Shown here: piece by piece, positions 9,846-17,214 of the stretch
Numbering within the stretch: the first letter of the stretch is position 1
Layout of the letters: every line of letters starts with the position of its first letter
From: Pollutimonas thiosulfatoxidans
GTDB lineage: Bacteria > Pseudomonadota > Gammaproteobacteria > Burkholderiales > Burkholderiaceae_B
Length of the DNA: 24,000 bases
Direction of reading: 5' to 3'
Assembly: GCF_004022565.1 (NCBI RefSeq)
Contig: NZ_CP022987.1
Span: forward strand, 2,496,001 to 2,520,000
Position numbers and translations under genes: made by a program
Notes under the pieces: generated by a model
Seen by the model: the letters and a program-made list of their open reading frames with translations, nothing else
The model's database searches: none
Told to the model about the DNA's origin: nothing

Positions 9846-10643
9846 TCAGCCGCCCATGTTTTTTTCCACGTTTCTTACCAGCTCGACCAGGCGGGGGCCC
9901 AGGTCAGTTTCGAGCTTGTCGCGGGCCAGCAGATACGCCGGCCCACCGCAATTAAACGCCATTTGCTTTTCGCCGCGCACGCCCAGCAGCGGCACGCCCA
10001 CCGCCCGGATCTCGGGCTGCCATTCGCCCAGCGCGATGCAGAATCCCAGGCGCTCGTAATCGTCTTGTGCCTTTTCCAGGTCGGCCTTGATGCGCGGCCA
10101 ATTCTCTGGGTCCGCGTCCCGGATCTCGTCCATGAGGACGTCACGCTCGGCTTGCGGCATGCCGCAGATAAGAGCCTTGCCCATGGAGGTGGTGGCGATC
10201 GGTATGCGCGATCCGACATCCAGCCGCAAGGTCACGCGCGCACTGCTGCGGCAGGTCTCGACATAGATCATGCTTAAGCGATCGCGCACGCCGATGGCGA
10301 CCGAGACACGGGAGTATTCGGCCAGTTCTTGCATGGCGGGACGGGCAAGATTGCGGACATCGAGATTGGCGAGCATCGAATAGCCCAGGCCCAGTACGCC
10401 TGGAGCGAGCAAGTACTTGCCCAGGTGTTCGGAAAATTCGAGGTAGCCCAGCTTGCACAGCGTGTAAGTAAGACGCGACACCGTGGGCTTGGGAAAGCCG
10501 GTTTCCCGGGATAGCTCGGCGTTGGTCAGGTAGGCCTTACCCGGCTGGAAACAACGCAGAATCTCCAGACCGCGCGCCAAGGCATTGACGAATTGGCGAT
10601 CAGAATTGTCGTCGTCAACGACGACACTGGTTTCCTGCATCAT
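9846..10643 (-). CDS. IclR-family transcriptional regulator
   Basis: N-terminal winged helix-turn-helix (ALARGLEILRCF....LTNAELSRETGFPKPTVSRLTYTL) followed by an IclR effector domain. AGGAG lies 9 nt upstream of ATGATG. This is the first gene of the minus-strand cluster. Confidence 0.9.
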   Translation of the reverse strand: MMQETSVVVDDDNSDRQFVNALARGLEILRCFQPGKAYLTNAELSRETGFPKPTVSRLTYTLCKLGYLEFSEHLGKYLLAPGVLGLGYSMLANLDVRNLARPAMQELAEYSRVSVAIGVRDRLSMIYVETCRSSARVTLRLDVGSRIPIATTSMGKALICGMPQAERDVLMDEIRDADPENWPRIKADLEKAQDDYERLGFCIALGEWQPEIRAVGVPLLGVRGEKQMAFNCGGPAYLLARDKLETDLGPRLVELVRNVEKNMGG

Positions 10644-10703
10644 GGTCAGAGTCTCCTGCCGTGCCTGCGCCTCTAGGTTGGGGCAGTGGGATACGGTGGA
10701 TTG

Positions 10704-10733
10704 ATTCTGTCATGATGCAAACACCCGGGTCAA
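10704..10733 (-). promoter_or_regulatory. candidate sigma70 promoter of the IclR-led cluster
   Basis: On the minus strand, TTGACC (10733-10728) is followed by an 18-nt spacer and CAGAAT (10709-10704), preceded by TGA (extended -10-like). It sits next to an AT-rich patch of overlapping palindromes, AAATATTT/TTTCGAAA (10732-10744). Sequence inspection only. Confidence 0.3.
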
Positions 10734-10866
10734 ATATTTCGAAACGGTGGTTCGCTGTGCGGAATTGAGTGAGGCGGGGCGCTTTTCGGTGCTTGTATCC
10801 AGACGCTTCTTGGCGGCTTGCCGGCTTGTATCGAGATTGGCACAGTTTTCGTTCTAAAGACGGCCC

Positions 10867-11078
10867 GGGGTGGGTGGGGCTGGCTGGGCTCGACGGTCAC
10901 GACCCCGGCTAACGCCGGGGCAGACCTTGCGTCAGCGCCGCAGCGGGGCGCCTGCGGAACTCGCAACGTTCGGGCATGCCCGAACAAGCGTGTTGCTCAA
11001 ACAGCCGCAGGCTTGCCTCCCCGCCGCGACACTGCCACAAGGCGTGCCCTAAAGCGCCCAGCCAGCCCCACCCACCCC
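10867..11078. repeat. nested-palindrome element, copy A (about 212 bp)
   Basis: Perfect 23-bp terminal inverted repeat: GGGGTGGGTGGGGCTGGCTGGGC at 10867-10889 and its complement at 11056-11078. Side hairpin CCCCGGC/GCCGGGG at 10903-10920. Central hairpin with base CCTGCGG/CCGCAGG (10951-57 and 11005-11) and an 18-nt perfect palindrome GTTCGGGCATGCCCGAAC at 10968-10985. Confidence 0.85.
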
Positions 11079-11323
11079 AGGCCTCCGATTGAGATCATTG
11101 GCGCAGTGATCGGAAGCGACGGCCGTTTTTCTTTGAGGAGGTATCGGTAGAGGACAGGCTTCTCAGGTAACGTATCAGCAGGTCTGGGTTCGAAACCGGG
11201 TCTCTCGCATATACCTTCTCTCCACCCCATACGGGTGCTGGCACCTCACACCAACAGCGGTTTATTGCATCTCAAGTCCGCAGCAACCAGTGCCGTTCAA
11301 CCTGAGCTACTGTAAAAGGTGTG

Positions 11324-11529
11324 CACGGGCAAGCGGCGGGGCGGCGCATTGGGCACGCCGGCTATCAGTGCGGATCAGGGAGGCAAGGCCGCGACTGTTC
11401 GAACAACACGCTTGTCCGGGCACTGCCCGGACGTTGTGAGTTTCGCGGCCGCCCTGATCCGCACTGATAGACGGGAAGTCCGGCTTGCCGGACCGTGACC
11501 ATTAAGCCGCCCCGCCGCTTGCCCGTGCG
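11324..11529. repeat. nested-palindrome element, copy B (about 206 bp, inverted relative to copy A)
   Basis: Perfect 23-bp terminal inverted repeat: GCACGGGCAAGCGGCGGGGCGGC at 11324-11346 and its complement at 11507-11529. Perfect 19-bp inner inverted repeat at 11363-11381 and 11453-11471. GGCCGCGA/TCGCGGCC at 11388-95 and 11444-51. Centre GTCCGGGCA-C-TGCCCGGAC at 11415-11433. Side hairpin GTCCGGC/GCCGGAC at 11479-11494. The reverse complement is collinear with copy A. Confidence 0.85.
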
Positions 11530-11581
11530 CGCCTTCTTAAGAAACCAAATTCCGTACTTATACAAGCCAGCAGCCTACAAG

Positions 11582-12454
11582 CTATTTAACTGAAGCCAGC
11601 TTCCGCTCCAGCGCATCTAAAGGCAGCGCCCCATTCACCCGACTGCCGTCGGCAAACACAATCGCCGGCGTCCCCTGCACTTGCAGTTTGCGCCCCAGCA
11701 CCAGGTTCGTCTCCAGCGGCGTCTCGCAGTTAAGCTCCGCCGGCACCTTGCCTTCCAGCATCCATGCATTCCACGTCGCCGCACGATCCTCCGCGCACCA
11801 GATATTGCGCGCCTTTACCGTCGAATCCGGCGACAAAATCGGGAACAGGAACGTATAAACCGTAATGTTATCGACGCCCTTCAAGGTCTCGTGCAAACGC
11901 TTGCAGTACCCGCAGTTCGGGTCCTCGAACACCGCAATCTGGCGCGAGCCATCCCCCTTCACCTGCTTGATCGCATCGTCCAGCGGCAGCGAGGCGAACG
12001 GCACTCGCGTCAACTCTTCAAGGCGCTCTGCCGTCAGATCCACCCGCGACTTTGCGTCGATCAGCGAGCCCTGCAAAATGTAGTCCACGTTGGCATCCGT
12101 ATACAGCACATCCATGCCAACCTGCACCTCGTAGATGCCTGGAAAACGTGTGGGTACAACCGCAACAATCTCGATGCCCGGAAAGCGCGTCTCGAATGAC
12201 TTGCGGACTTCCTGCGGCGTCGCCAGATCGCGAGTCGTCAACACCTTGGCCGGCTTGGCATTCTCGTTGCCTTCTGTCGACAGCACATCGGCCGGTTTAG
12301 CGCCTTCGTTGCCTTGCGTCGACAGCACATTGGCCGGGGTCTCGATCCGGTTGTCGTTGGTCGTGATCGTCGCTTGAGCGAAGACCGATGTGGTGGCCAG
12401 AGGCATCGCAATCAATGCGATGGCAGCCAGCCAGGCTTTCAAGGGGTTATTCAT
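11582..12454 (-). CDS. dsbC: thiol:disulfide interchange protein, DsbC/DsbG family, with an extended repeat-containing N-terminal linker
   Basis: Signal peptide MNNPLKAWLAAIALIAMPLATTSVFA|QA. Thioredoxin-fold active site CGYC in FEDPNCGYCKRLH. A cis-Pro region, GTPAIVF, lies near the C-terminus. Confidence 0.85.
   Translation of the reverse strand: MNNPLKAWLAAIALIAMPLATTSVFAQATITTNDNRIETPANVLSTQGNEGAKPADVLSTEGNENAKPAKVLTTRDLATPQEVRKSFETRFPGIEIVAVVPTRFPGIYEVQVGMDVLYTDANVDYILQGSLIDAKSRVDLTAERLEELTRVPFASLPLDDAIKQVKGDGSRQIAVFEDPNCGYCKRLHETLKGVDNITVYTFLFPILSPDSTVKARNIWCAEDRAATWNAWMLEGKVPAELNCETPLETNLVLGRKLQVQGTPAIVFADGSRVNGALPLDALERKLASVK
12227..12337. repeat. in-frame 42-bp tandem repeat (2 full copies and 1 partial) inside dsbC
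   Basis: Copies at 12296-12337, 12254-12295 and the partial 12227-12253. They encode PANVLSTQGNEGAK / PADVLSTEGNENAK / PAKVLTTRD between the signal peptide and the dimerisation domain. Confidence 0.85.
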
Positions 12455-12477
12455 GCCACTACTCCTGATAATCTGTT

Positions 12478-13653
12478 CTAGTGTCGGCCGGCGGCTGCGC
12501 CGATAAGCAGACGTTTGATAAACGGTAAACGGTCAGCGCATTGCATGCCTGCATTACGTGCCCAGGCAAGCGGAGCCGCCTGGGCCGCGAAAAGACGATG
12601 CAAGCCATCAGTTGCCAGGCGCATCGCCAAAAGGGGTTCAGCCCGCACGCGGCGATAGCGGTTTAGTACCCGCATATCGCCGGCGTTGCGATACGGCTCT
12701 TTATTGGTCAGCGTTTGCACCAAGGCATCCACGTCGGCCAGTCCCAGATTCAGCCCCTGCCCTGCCAGCGGATGCACGCGATGCGCGGCGTCGCCCACCA
12801 GTGCAACGCCCGGCGCGACCATACCGCTACTCTGCAGGAACAAGGGGAAACCGAATAGGGGGCTACGCACACGCAATGCACCCAAACGACCACCCGTGGC
12901 GGCCGCCAGGCGAGTCGCGAGCGTGGTGCTGCGTTGTTCCTGCGGCATGGCCAGCAGTTCGGCAGCCATGGCCTCCGGCATCGACCACACCATGGAAACC
13001 TGATGACCATCCGCCGTGTCGGGCATGGGCAACAGGGCCAATACCGTATCGCCGGTAAACCATTGCAGTGCTGCATGCTGGTGAGGAAGCTCGCAGGTCA
13101 GGTGACAAACCACGCCGGTATCGCCATAGGCGCGCGATTGCTGGCTGATACCTGCTGCAGTCCGCACCGGCGACGCGGCGCCGTCCGCGCCCACCAGCAA
13201 GCTGGGCGTCATGGCGCGGCCGGTGTCCGTGAACACGGTTCGGCTTTCCAGGCGCTCGAACTTTTCGGTAAGCCACGAAATGCCAAAGACCTGCACCGCC
13301 TGCTGCAGCACTCGCTCCATTTCGCTGGATTCGACGATCCAGGCCAGCTCTGTTTCGGCTGCCTGCCAGGCATGCAGATTCACCATGCCGCTTGCATCGC
13401 CATAGATTTCCATGGACTCCACGGGCGTCACGCGACCAGCATCCATCATGGACCATACGCCCAGGCGCGCCAGTAGCGCCTGGCTGGCCGCCGAGATTGC
13501 ATACACCCGGGGGCAGTAAACGTCGGGCTGCACTACGCCCGGTGCCTTGCGCGGCCCAAGCAAGGTAAGGTCGAAACCGGCCTTGGTCAGTCCCAAGGCG
13601 GTTGCCAGCCCGACTATGCCGGTCCCGCATATGACGACGGACTCTTTCTTCAT
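12478..13653 (-). CDS. UbiH/UbiF/VisC/COQ6-family FAD-dependent hydroxylase (probable ubiquinone biosynthesis)
   Basis: GxGxxG motif in VVICGTGIVGLATALGL and the family motif GDAAHRVHPLAGQGLNLGLADV. I trimmed the ORF-track start at 13695 to MKKESVV at 13653, which forms an ATGA overlap with the mltA stop. Confidence 0.85.
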   Translation of the reverse strand: MKKESVVICGTGIVGLATALGLTKAGFDLTLLGPRKAPGVVQPDVYCPRVYAISAASQALLARLGVWSMMDAGRVTPVESMEIYGDASGMVNLHAWQAAETELAWIVESSEMERVLQQAVQVFGISWLTEKFERLESRTVFTDTGRAMTPSLLVGADGAASPVRTAAGISQQSRAYGDTGVVCHLTCELPHQHAALQWFTGDTVLALLPMPDTADGHQVSMVWSMPEAMAAELLAMPQEQRSTTLATRLAAATGGRLGALRVRSPLFGFPLFLQSSGMVAPGVALVGDAAHRVHPLAGQGLNLGLADVDALVQTLTNKEPYRNAGDMRVLNRYRRVRAEPLLAMRLATDGLHRLFAAQAAPLAWARNAGMQCADRLPFIKRLLIGAAAGRH

Positions 13654-14942
13654 CGTGCGCTGGGGGCTCCTGCCTGTTTGGGCCAAAGCACCCACATTTC
13701 TCCGGGCTGCTTCATGCGCCCGGCCAAGGCGCCGGCTTCCTCGCCAAAACCCCAGTAAAAGTCTGTGCGCGCCGCGCCCTTGATTGCAGCGCCGGTGTCT
13801 TGAGCAAAGACCAGCCGCTGCAGAGGCTTGGAGGACGCCGGATACTGGGTGCTGAGAAATAGCGGTGCACCCAGCGGTACGAATTGGGTATCGACGGCCA
13901 CCGAGCGCTGTCCGATCAGCGGTATGGAGTAAGCACCCTTGGGGCCGAGCTCTGGATCGGTAACGGTCTCTTCGTTGAAGAACACCATGGCGGGATTGGC
14001 ATTAAGCATTTCCTGCACGCGCTTCGGATTCTTGCGGGCCCATGCCTTGATGTTCTGCATTGATGCCTGGGCCAGCGGCAGCTCGCCTTGCGTTGCCAGC
14101 CATTGGCCTATCGAACGGTAGGGCCGGCCGTTATGGTCGGCATAGGCCACCCGTATGGTCTCGCCATTGGGCAGTTGCGCGCGACCGGAGCCTTGTATGG
14201 TCAGGAAAAAGGCCTCGACAGGATCATTGACCCAGACAATGACAGGCGGCTGTCGAGTTGGCGTGGCGGCAATCTCGGCTCGGGTGTCGTAAGGGACTAC
14301 TCTTTTGCCGACCAACTTGCCGCGCACCCGCTTGCCGGCCAGTTCCGGATAGACCGTGCCCAGATCGATGGTCAGCAGGTCGGCAGGCGCGGCATAAAGA
14401 GGCCACTGATACTCGCCCCCACGCTCACGTGCGGCATGAACCAGCGGCTCGTAGTAACCGGTGACAGTATTGCGTGCGGGCTTGCCGCTGGCGTCAAGCA
14501 AGCGCCATGGCTGCAGATGGGTTTGCAGAAACTGGCGCACCGCCTGCGCATCGGCGCCTTGCTCGCCCAGCCCCGACTGCGCGACCGCCGCGCATACCGG
14601 TTGCCAGGCACGGGGGGTGGCCCTGGCCTGCATGGCCAACGACCCGGACACCGGCCGCATCAAGCCCTTGCAGTTATTGACGAATGCCTTCCATACCTGT
14701 GTCAGGTCATCGGCCTGCCAGCCCGGCAAGGTGGCCCAGGACGCCTGTTGAAACTTTCCAGCCAAAGGCCGTGCCGGGGTGTCCGGCAATGAAGCCAGGG
14801 GCGGTACGCGCAGCGGCTGCTCGGCAATATTGACGGCGCCGGCGGCGGGTGTAGCCGTGGCAGGCGTGTCGGACTCGATCGGCACCGAACTGCAGGCTGC
14901 CAACATAGCCAACAAAAGCGAAGAAAGCAGAATACGTTTCAT
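13650..14942 (-). CDS. mltA: membrane-bound lytic murein transglycosylase A (lipoprotein)
   Basis: Lipobox LLAMLAAC|S. MltA-specific region (VTGYYEP......YPLY) and a C-terminal 3D domain (FAQDTGAAIKG..R.DFYWG). Confidence 0.88.
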   Translation of the reverse strand: MKRILLSSLLLAMLAACSSVPIESDTPATATPAAGAVNIAEQPLRVPPLASLPDTPARPLAGKFQQASWATLPGWQADDLTQVWKAFVNNCKGLMRPVSGSLAMQARATPRAWQPVCAAVAQSGLGEQGADAQAVRQFLQTHLQPWRLLDASGKPARNTVTGYYEPLVHAARERGGEYQWPLYAAPADLLTIDLGTVYPELAGKRVRGKLVGKRVVPYDTRAEIAATPTRQPPVIVWVNDPVEAFFLTIQGSGRAQLPNGETIRVAYADHNGRPYRSIGQWLATQGELPLAQASMQNIKAWARKNPKRVQEMLNANPAMVFFNEETVTDPELGPKGAYSIPLIGQRSVAVDTQFVPLGAPLFLSTQYPASSKPLQRLVFAQDTGAAIKGAARTDFYWGFGEEAGALAGRMKQPGEMWVLWPKQAGAPSAR

Positions 14943-14965
14943 AAATCTCGCAATAAACGACAGAA

Positions 14966-15340
14966 TCAGTGCAGGGTGCGCGGCATCGCCAGAACGAATT
15001 CCTGGATGGGCACCTCGAAGGGAATGCCGTTTTCACCGACACAGTGGTAGGTGCCCCGCATGGTGCCCACTGGCGTGGGCAAGGGACAGCCGCTGGTGTA
15101 CTCGAACGACTCGCCCGGGTTCAGCAGGGGCTGCTGACCCACCACGCCCAGTCCACGGACTTCCTGCGTTTGCTGCTTGCCGTCCGTAATGATCCAGTGC
15201 CGGCTGATGACCTGGGCGGCGTGCTGCCCGCTGTTGGTAATGCGCACGGTATAGGCAAAGACGTATTGCTGCTCCGCAGGCTCGGACTGATCCGGCAAAT
15301 ATTGCGGTGTAACGATAACCTTGATGTCGTAAGGCTTCAT
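14966..15340 (-). CDS. apaG: ApaG (DUF525) protein
   Basis: 124 aa with the typical ApaG sequence: FAYTVRITN.G...QV.SRHWIITDG...QEVRG.GVVG.QP.L.PGESFEYTSG. Confidence 0.9.
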   Translation of the reverse strand: MKPYDIKVIVTPQYLPDQSEPAEQQYVFAYTVRITNSGQHAAQVISRHWIITDGKQQTQEVRGLGVVGQQPLLNPGESFEYTSGCPLPTPVGTMRGTYHCVGENGIPFEVPIQEFVLAMPRTLH

Positions 15341-15403
15341 TTTTCGGGTTCCAGTAAATGGTTCAGCCGTATTTAACAGGAATATCAGCGCTTACCTGCA
15401 ATA

Positions 15404-16138
15404 ATGACATATTCGCCGCTTTGCTTCCTGACCGACATGCCCTTTACCCGCCCTACCCGTATCGCCCCCAGCCTGCTTGCCGCCGACTTTGCCCGCCTGG
15501 GCGAAGAAGTCCGTAACGTTGTTGCGGCCGGCGCCGACTGGATCCACTTCGATGTGATGGACAACCATTACGTGCCCAACCTGACGATAGGGCCCATGGT
15601 GTGCGCCGCCATACGTCCGCACACGGACGCACCCATAGATGTGCACCTGATGGTCGAGCCGGTAGACGCCATTATCCCGCAATTCGCAAAGGCCGGCGCC
15701 AACATCATTACCTTCCACCCAGAGGCATCGCGCCATCCTGACCGCACGCTGTCCTTGATCAAAGAGCATGGCTGCAAGGCAGGGCTGGTTTTCAACCCGG
15801 CCACGCCGCTCGAATGGATGGACTACGTCATGGACAAGCTGGATATCGTGCTGCTGATGTCGGTCAACCCCGGTTTCGGCGGCCAGAGCTTCATTCCGGG
15901 TACGCTTGCCAAGCTTACGCAGGCCAGACGCAAGATAGATGCCTGGCAGCAAGATGGCGGCCAGCCCATCGCCCTGGAGATCGACGGCGGGGTCAAAGTA
16001 GACAACATTGCTGCCATCCGGGCCGCAGGCGCAGACAGCTTCGTTGCCGGCTCGGCCATCTTCAGCCAGCCAGACTATAAAACCGTCATTGATGCCTTGC
16101 GGAAGGAAATTCTGAAGGGCGAATCGATCTCGACCTAA
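15404..16138 (+). CDS. rpe: ribulose-phosphate 3-epimerase
   Basis: Motifs [35 protein letters not shown], and [13 protein letters not shown]. The start is ambiguous between ATG at 15404 and ATG at 15437 ([12 protein letters not shown]). Neither has a clear SD. Confidence 0.88.
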   Translation: MTYSPLCFLTDMPFTRPTRIAPSLLAADFARLGEEVRNVVAAGADWIHFDVMDNHYVPNLTIGPMVCAAIRPHTDAPIDVHLMVEPVDAIIPQFAKAGANIITFHPEASRHPDRTLSLIKEHGCKAGLVFNPATPLEWMDYVMDKLDIVLLMSVNPGFGGQSFIPGTLAKLTQARRKIDAWQQDGGQPIALEIDGGVKVDNIAAIRAAGADSFVAGSAIFSQPDYKTVIDALRKEILKGESIST

Positions 16139-16390
16139 GCTGCGACGAACTATCCGTCGCCGCCTGACCCGCCATCGTTTGCCGGACCGTGGCCAGCAAT
16201 GCCACGCTATGAGCATAAAAATCGCCCACGATCGCGGCCTCGCGGTTGACTCGTCGCTTCTTCAATGCAGCAGCCATAACGCACACCTCATATTGCACGC
16301 CCCGCGGCAGAAGGCCGGAAGGCGAAAAGGAATGTAGCAAGCGCATGTGACAGCCATGTGTACTGCTGCCCACTATAAGGAAACCCACCC

Positions 16391-17062
16391 ATGCGTTTTG
16401 ACGCCATTTTGTTCGACCTGGACGGCACCTTGCTCGATACCATCCCCGACCTGGCCAACGCGGCCAACGCCATGCGCGAGGAGCTGGGGCTGGCGCCGCT
16501 ACCGCAAGCCACGCTTGCCACCTATGTGGGCAAAGGCACCCCCAATCTGGTGCAACGTACGCTGGCCAATAATCCGGCAGCCACGGTGCCCGACCCGGCG
16601 CAAATGGCACGGGGTCTGGAGAGCTTCGGGCGGCACTACCATGCCGTCAATGGGGACGCGGCCACCCTGTACCCCGGCGTGCTTGACGGCCTGGCAGCCT
16701 TCGCCCGGGCTGGTGTGAAGATGGCTGTCGTCACCAACAAGCCGACCGAATTTACCGTCCCCTTGCTTGAACGCTTCGATATTGCCTCTTATTTTTCTGG
16801 TGTGGTGTGCGGCGATACCTGCGAAGAGAAAAAGCCCGATCCCATGCCCATGCTGCATGCCTGCGAGCTGCTGGACGTGCCCCCCTCCAAGGCGCTGGCC
16901 ATCGGCGATTCGGTCAATGATGCACTGGCTGCCAAGGCCGCGGGCATCACCGTGCTGGCCGTTCCTTATGGTTATAACGAAGGCATGGACGTGCGCACTC
17001 TTGAAGTCGATGATATAGTTACGTCCATAGCGCAGGCTGCCCAGTGGGCGGCGCGCCAATAA
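16391..17062 (+). CDS. gph: phosphoglycolate phosphatase (HAD superfamily)
   Basis: HAD motif I FDLDGTLLDT, motif II VVTNK, and motif IV GDSVNDALAAKAAG. AGGAA lies 9 nt upstream. The rpe-gph pairing is conserved. Confidence 0.88.
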   Translation: MRFDAILFDLDGTLLDTIPDLANAANAMREELGLAPLPQATLATYVGKGTPNLVQRTLANNPAATVPDPAQMARGLESFGRHYHAVNGDAATLYPGVLDGLAAFARAGVKMAVVTNKPTEFTVPLLERFDIASYFSGVVCGDTCEEKKPDPMPMLHACELLDVPPSKALAIGDSVNDALAAKAAGITVLAVPYGYNEGMDVRTLEVDDIVTSIAQAAQWAARQ

Positions 17063-17078
17063 AATCCAGACCAAAAAC

Positions 17079-17150
17079 ATGACCGCTACCCTTTATTACC
17101 CCACCACGCTCCGCGCCAATTGGCGCTGGTGGCGTTTGTGTTCTGGGTAG
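17079..17150 (+). CDS. trpL: candidate trp operon leader peptide (23 aa, MTATLYYPTTLRANWRWWRLCSG)
   Basis: Three Trp codons fall within four positions (TGG CGC TGG TGG, 17121-17132). An intrinsic terminator lies about 65 nt downstream, and trpE follows 41 nt after that. No obvious SD. The ATG is only 16 nt after the gph stop. Confidence 0.6.
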   Translation: MTATLYYPTTLRANWRWWRLCSG

Positions 17151-17214
17151 CGGTAATCCACTCCCGGCTCCAAGACCTTGTCTTCGTGTGCCGTCAGCAT
17201 TACCAGAAGAAGCT

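Noticed and set aside
11179-11230. tRNA-like fragments: a TTCGAAA loop flanked by CTGGG/CCGGG, then TCTCTCCACC. On the opposite strand, GTAGCTCAGG at about 11296-11305
   Set aside because: No complete cloverleaf can be drawn. The arm has a central G-G mismatch, there is no T-arm or D-arm pairing, and no matching 7-bp acceptor stem. At most it is a relic, so I do not report it as a tRNA gene.
10730-11565. Small ORFs in the large gap: 10730..10987 -, 10818..11150 +, 10870..11052 +, 10997..11230 -, 11365..11565 -
   Set aside because: All of them read through the palindromic repeat arms, so both strands appear 'open'. They lack SD sequences and give Pro/Arg/Gly-rich nonsense. The repeats explain them better than coding does.
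12227-12337. Possibility that the 42-bp direct repeats, or the A/B elements, represent a CRISPR array
   Set aside because: The 42-bp units are contiguous with no spacers and are in frame within dsbC. The A/B elements are only two copies, in inverted orientation and about 200 bp long. No cas genes are present.
15392-16216. 274-aa minus-strand ORF opposite rpe. The same applies to long shadow ORFs elsewhere: 3412..4152 +, 5769..6593 +, 5323..5961 -, 12863..13630 -, 14088..14792 +, 7911..8507 +
   Set aside because: Each lies fully inside or opposite a confidently identified gene. All have Arg/Gly/His/Pro-rich shadow-frame composition, and none has an SD or a domain signature.
16086-16277. 63-aa minus-strand ORF (MAAALKKRRVNREAAIVGDFYAHSVALL...) in the rpe-gph spacer, with GAGG 8 nt upstream of the ATG
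   Set aside because: Its last 52 nt run antisense into the rpe 3' end using rare codons (AGG, AGA). It has no recognisable motif and is not distinguishable from chance in a 250-bp GC-rich spacer. It would need ribosome-profiling or conservation evidence.
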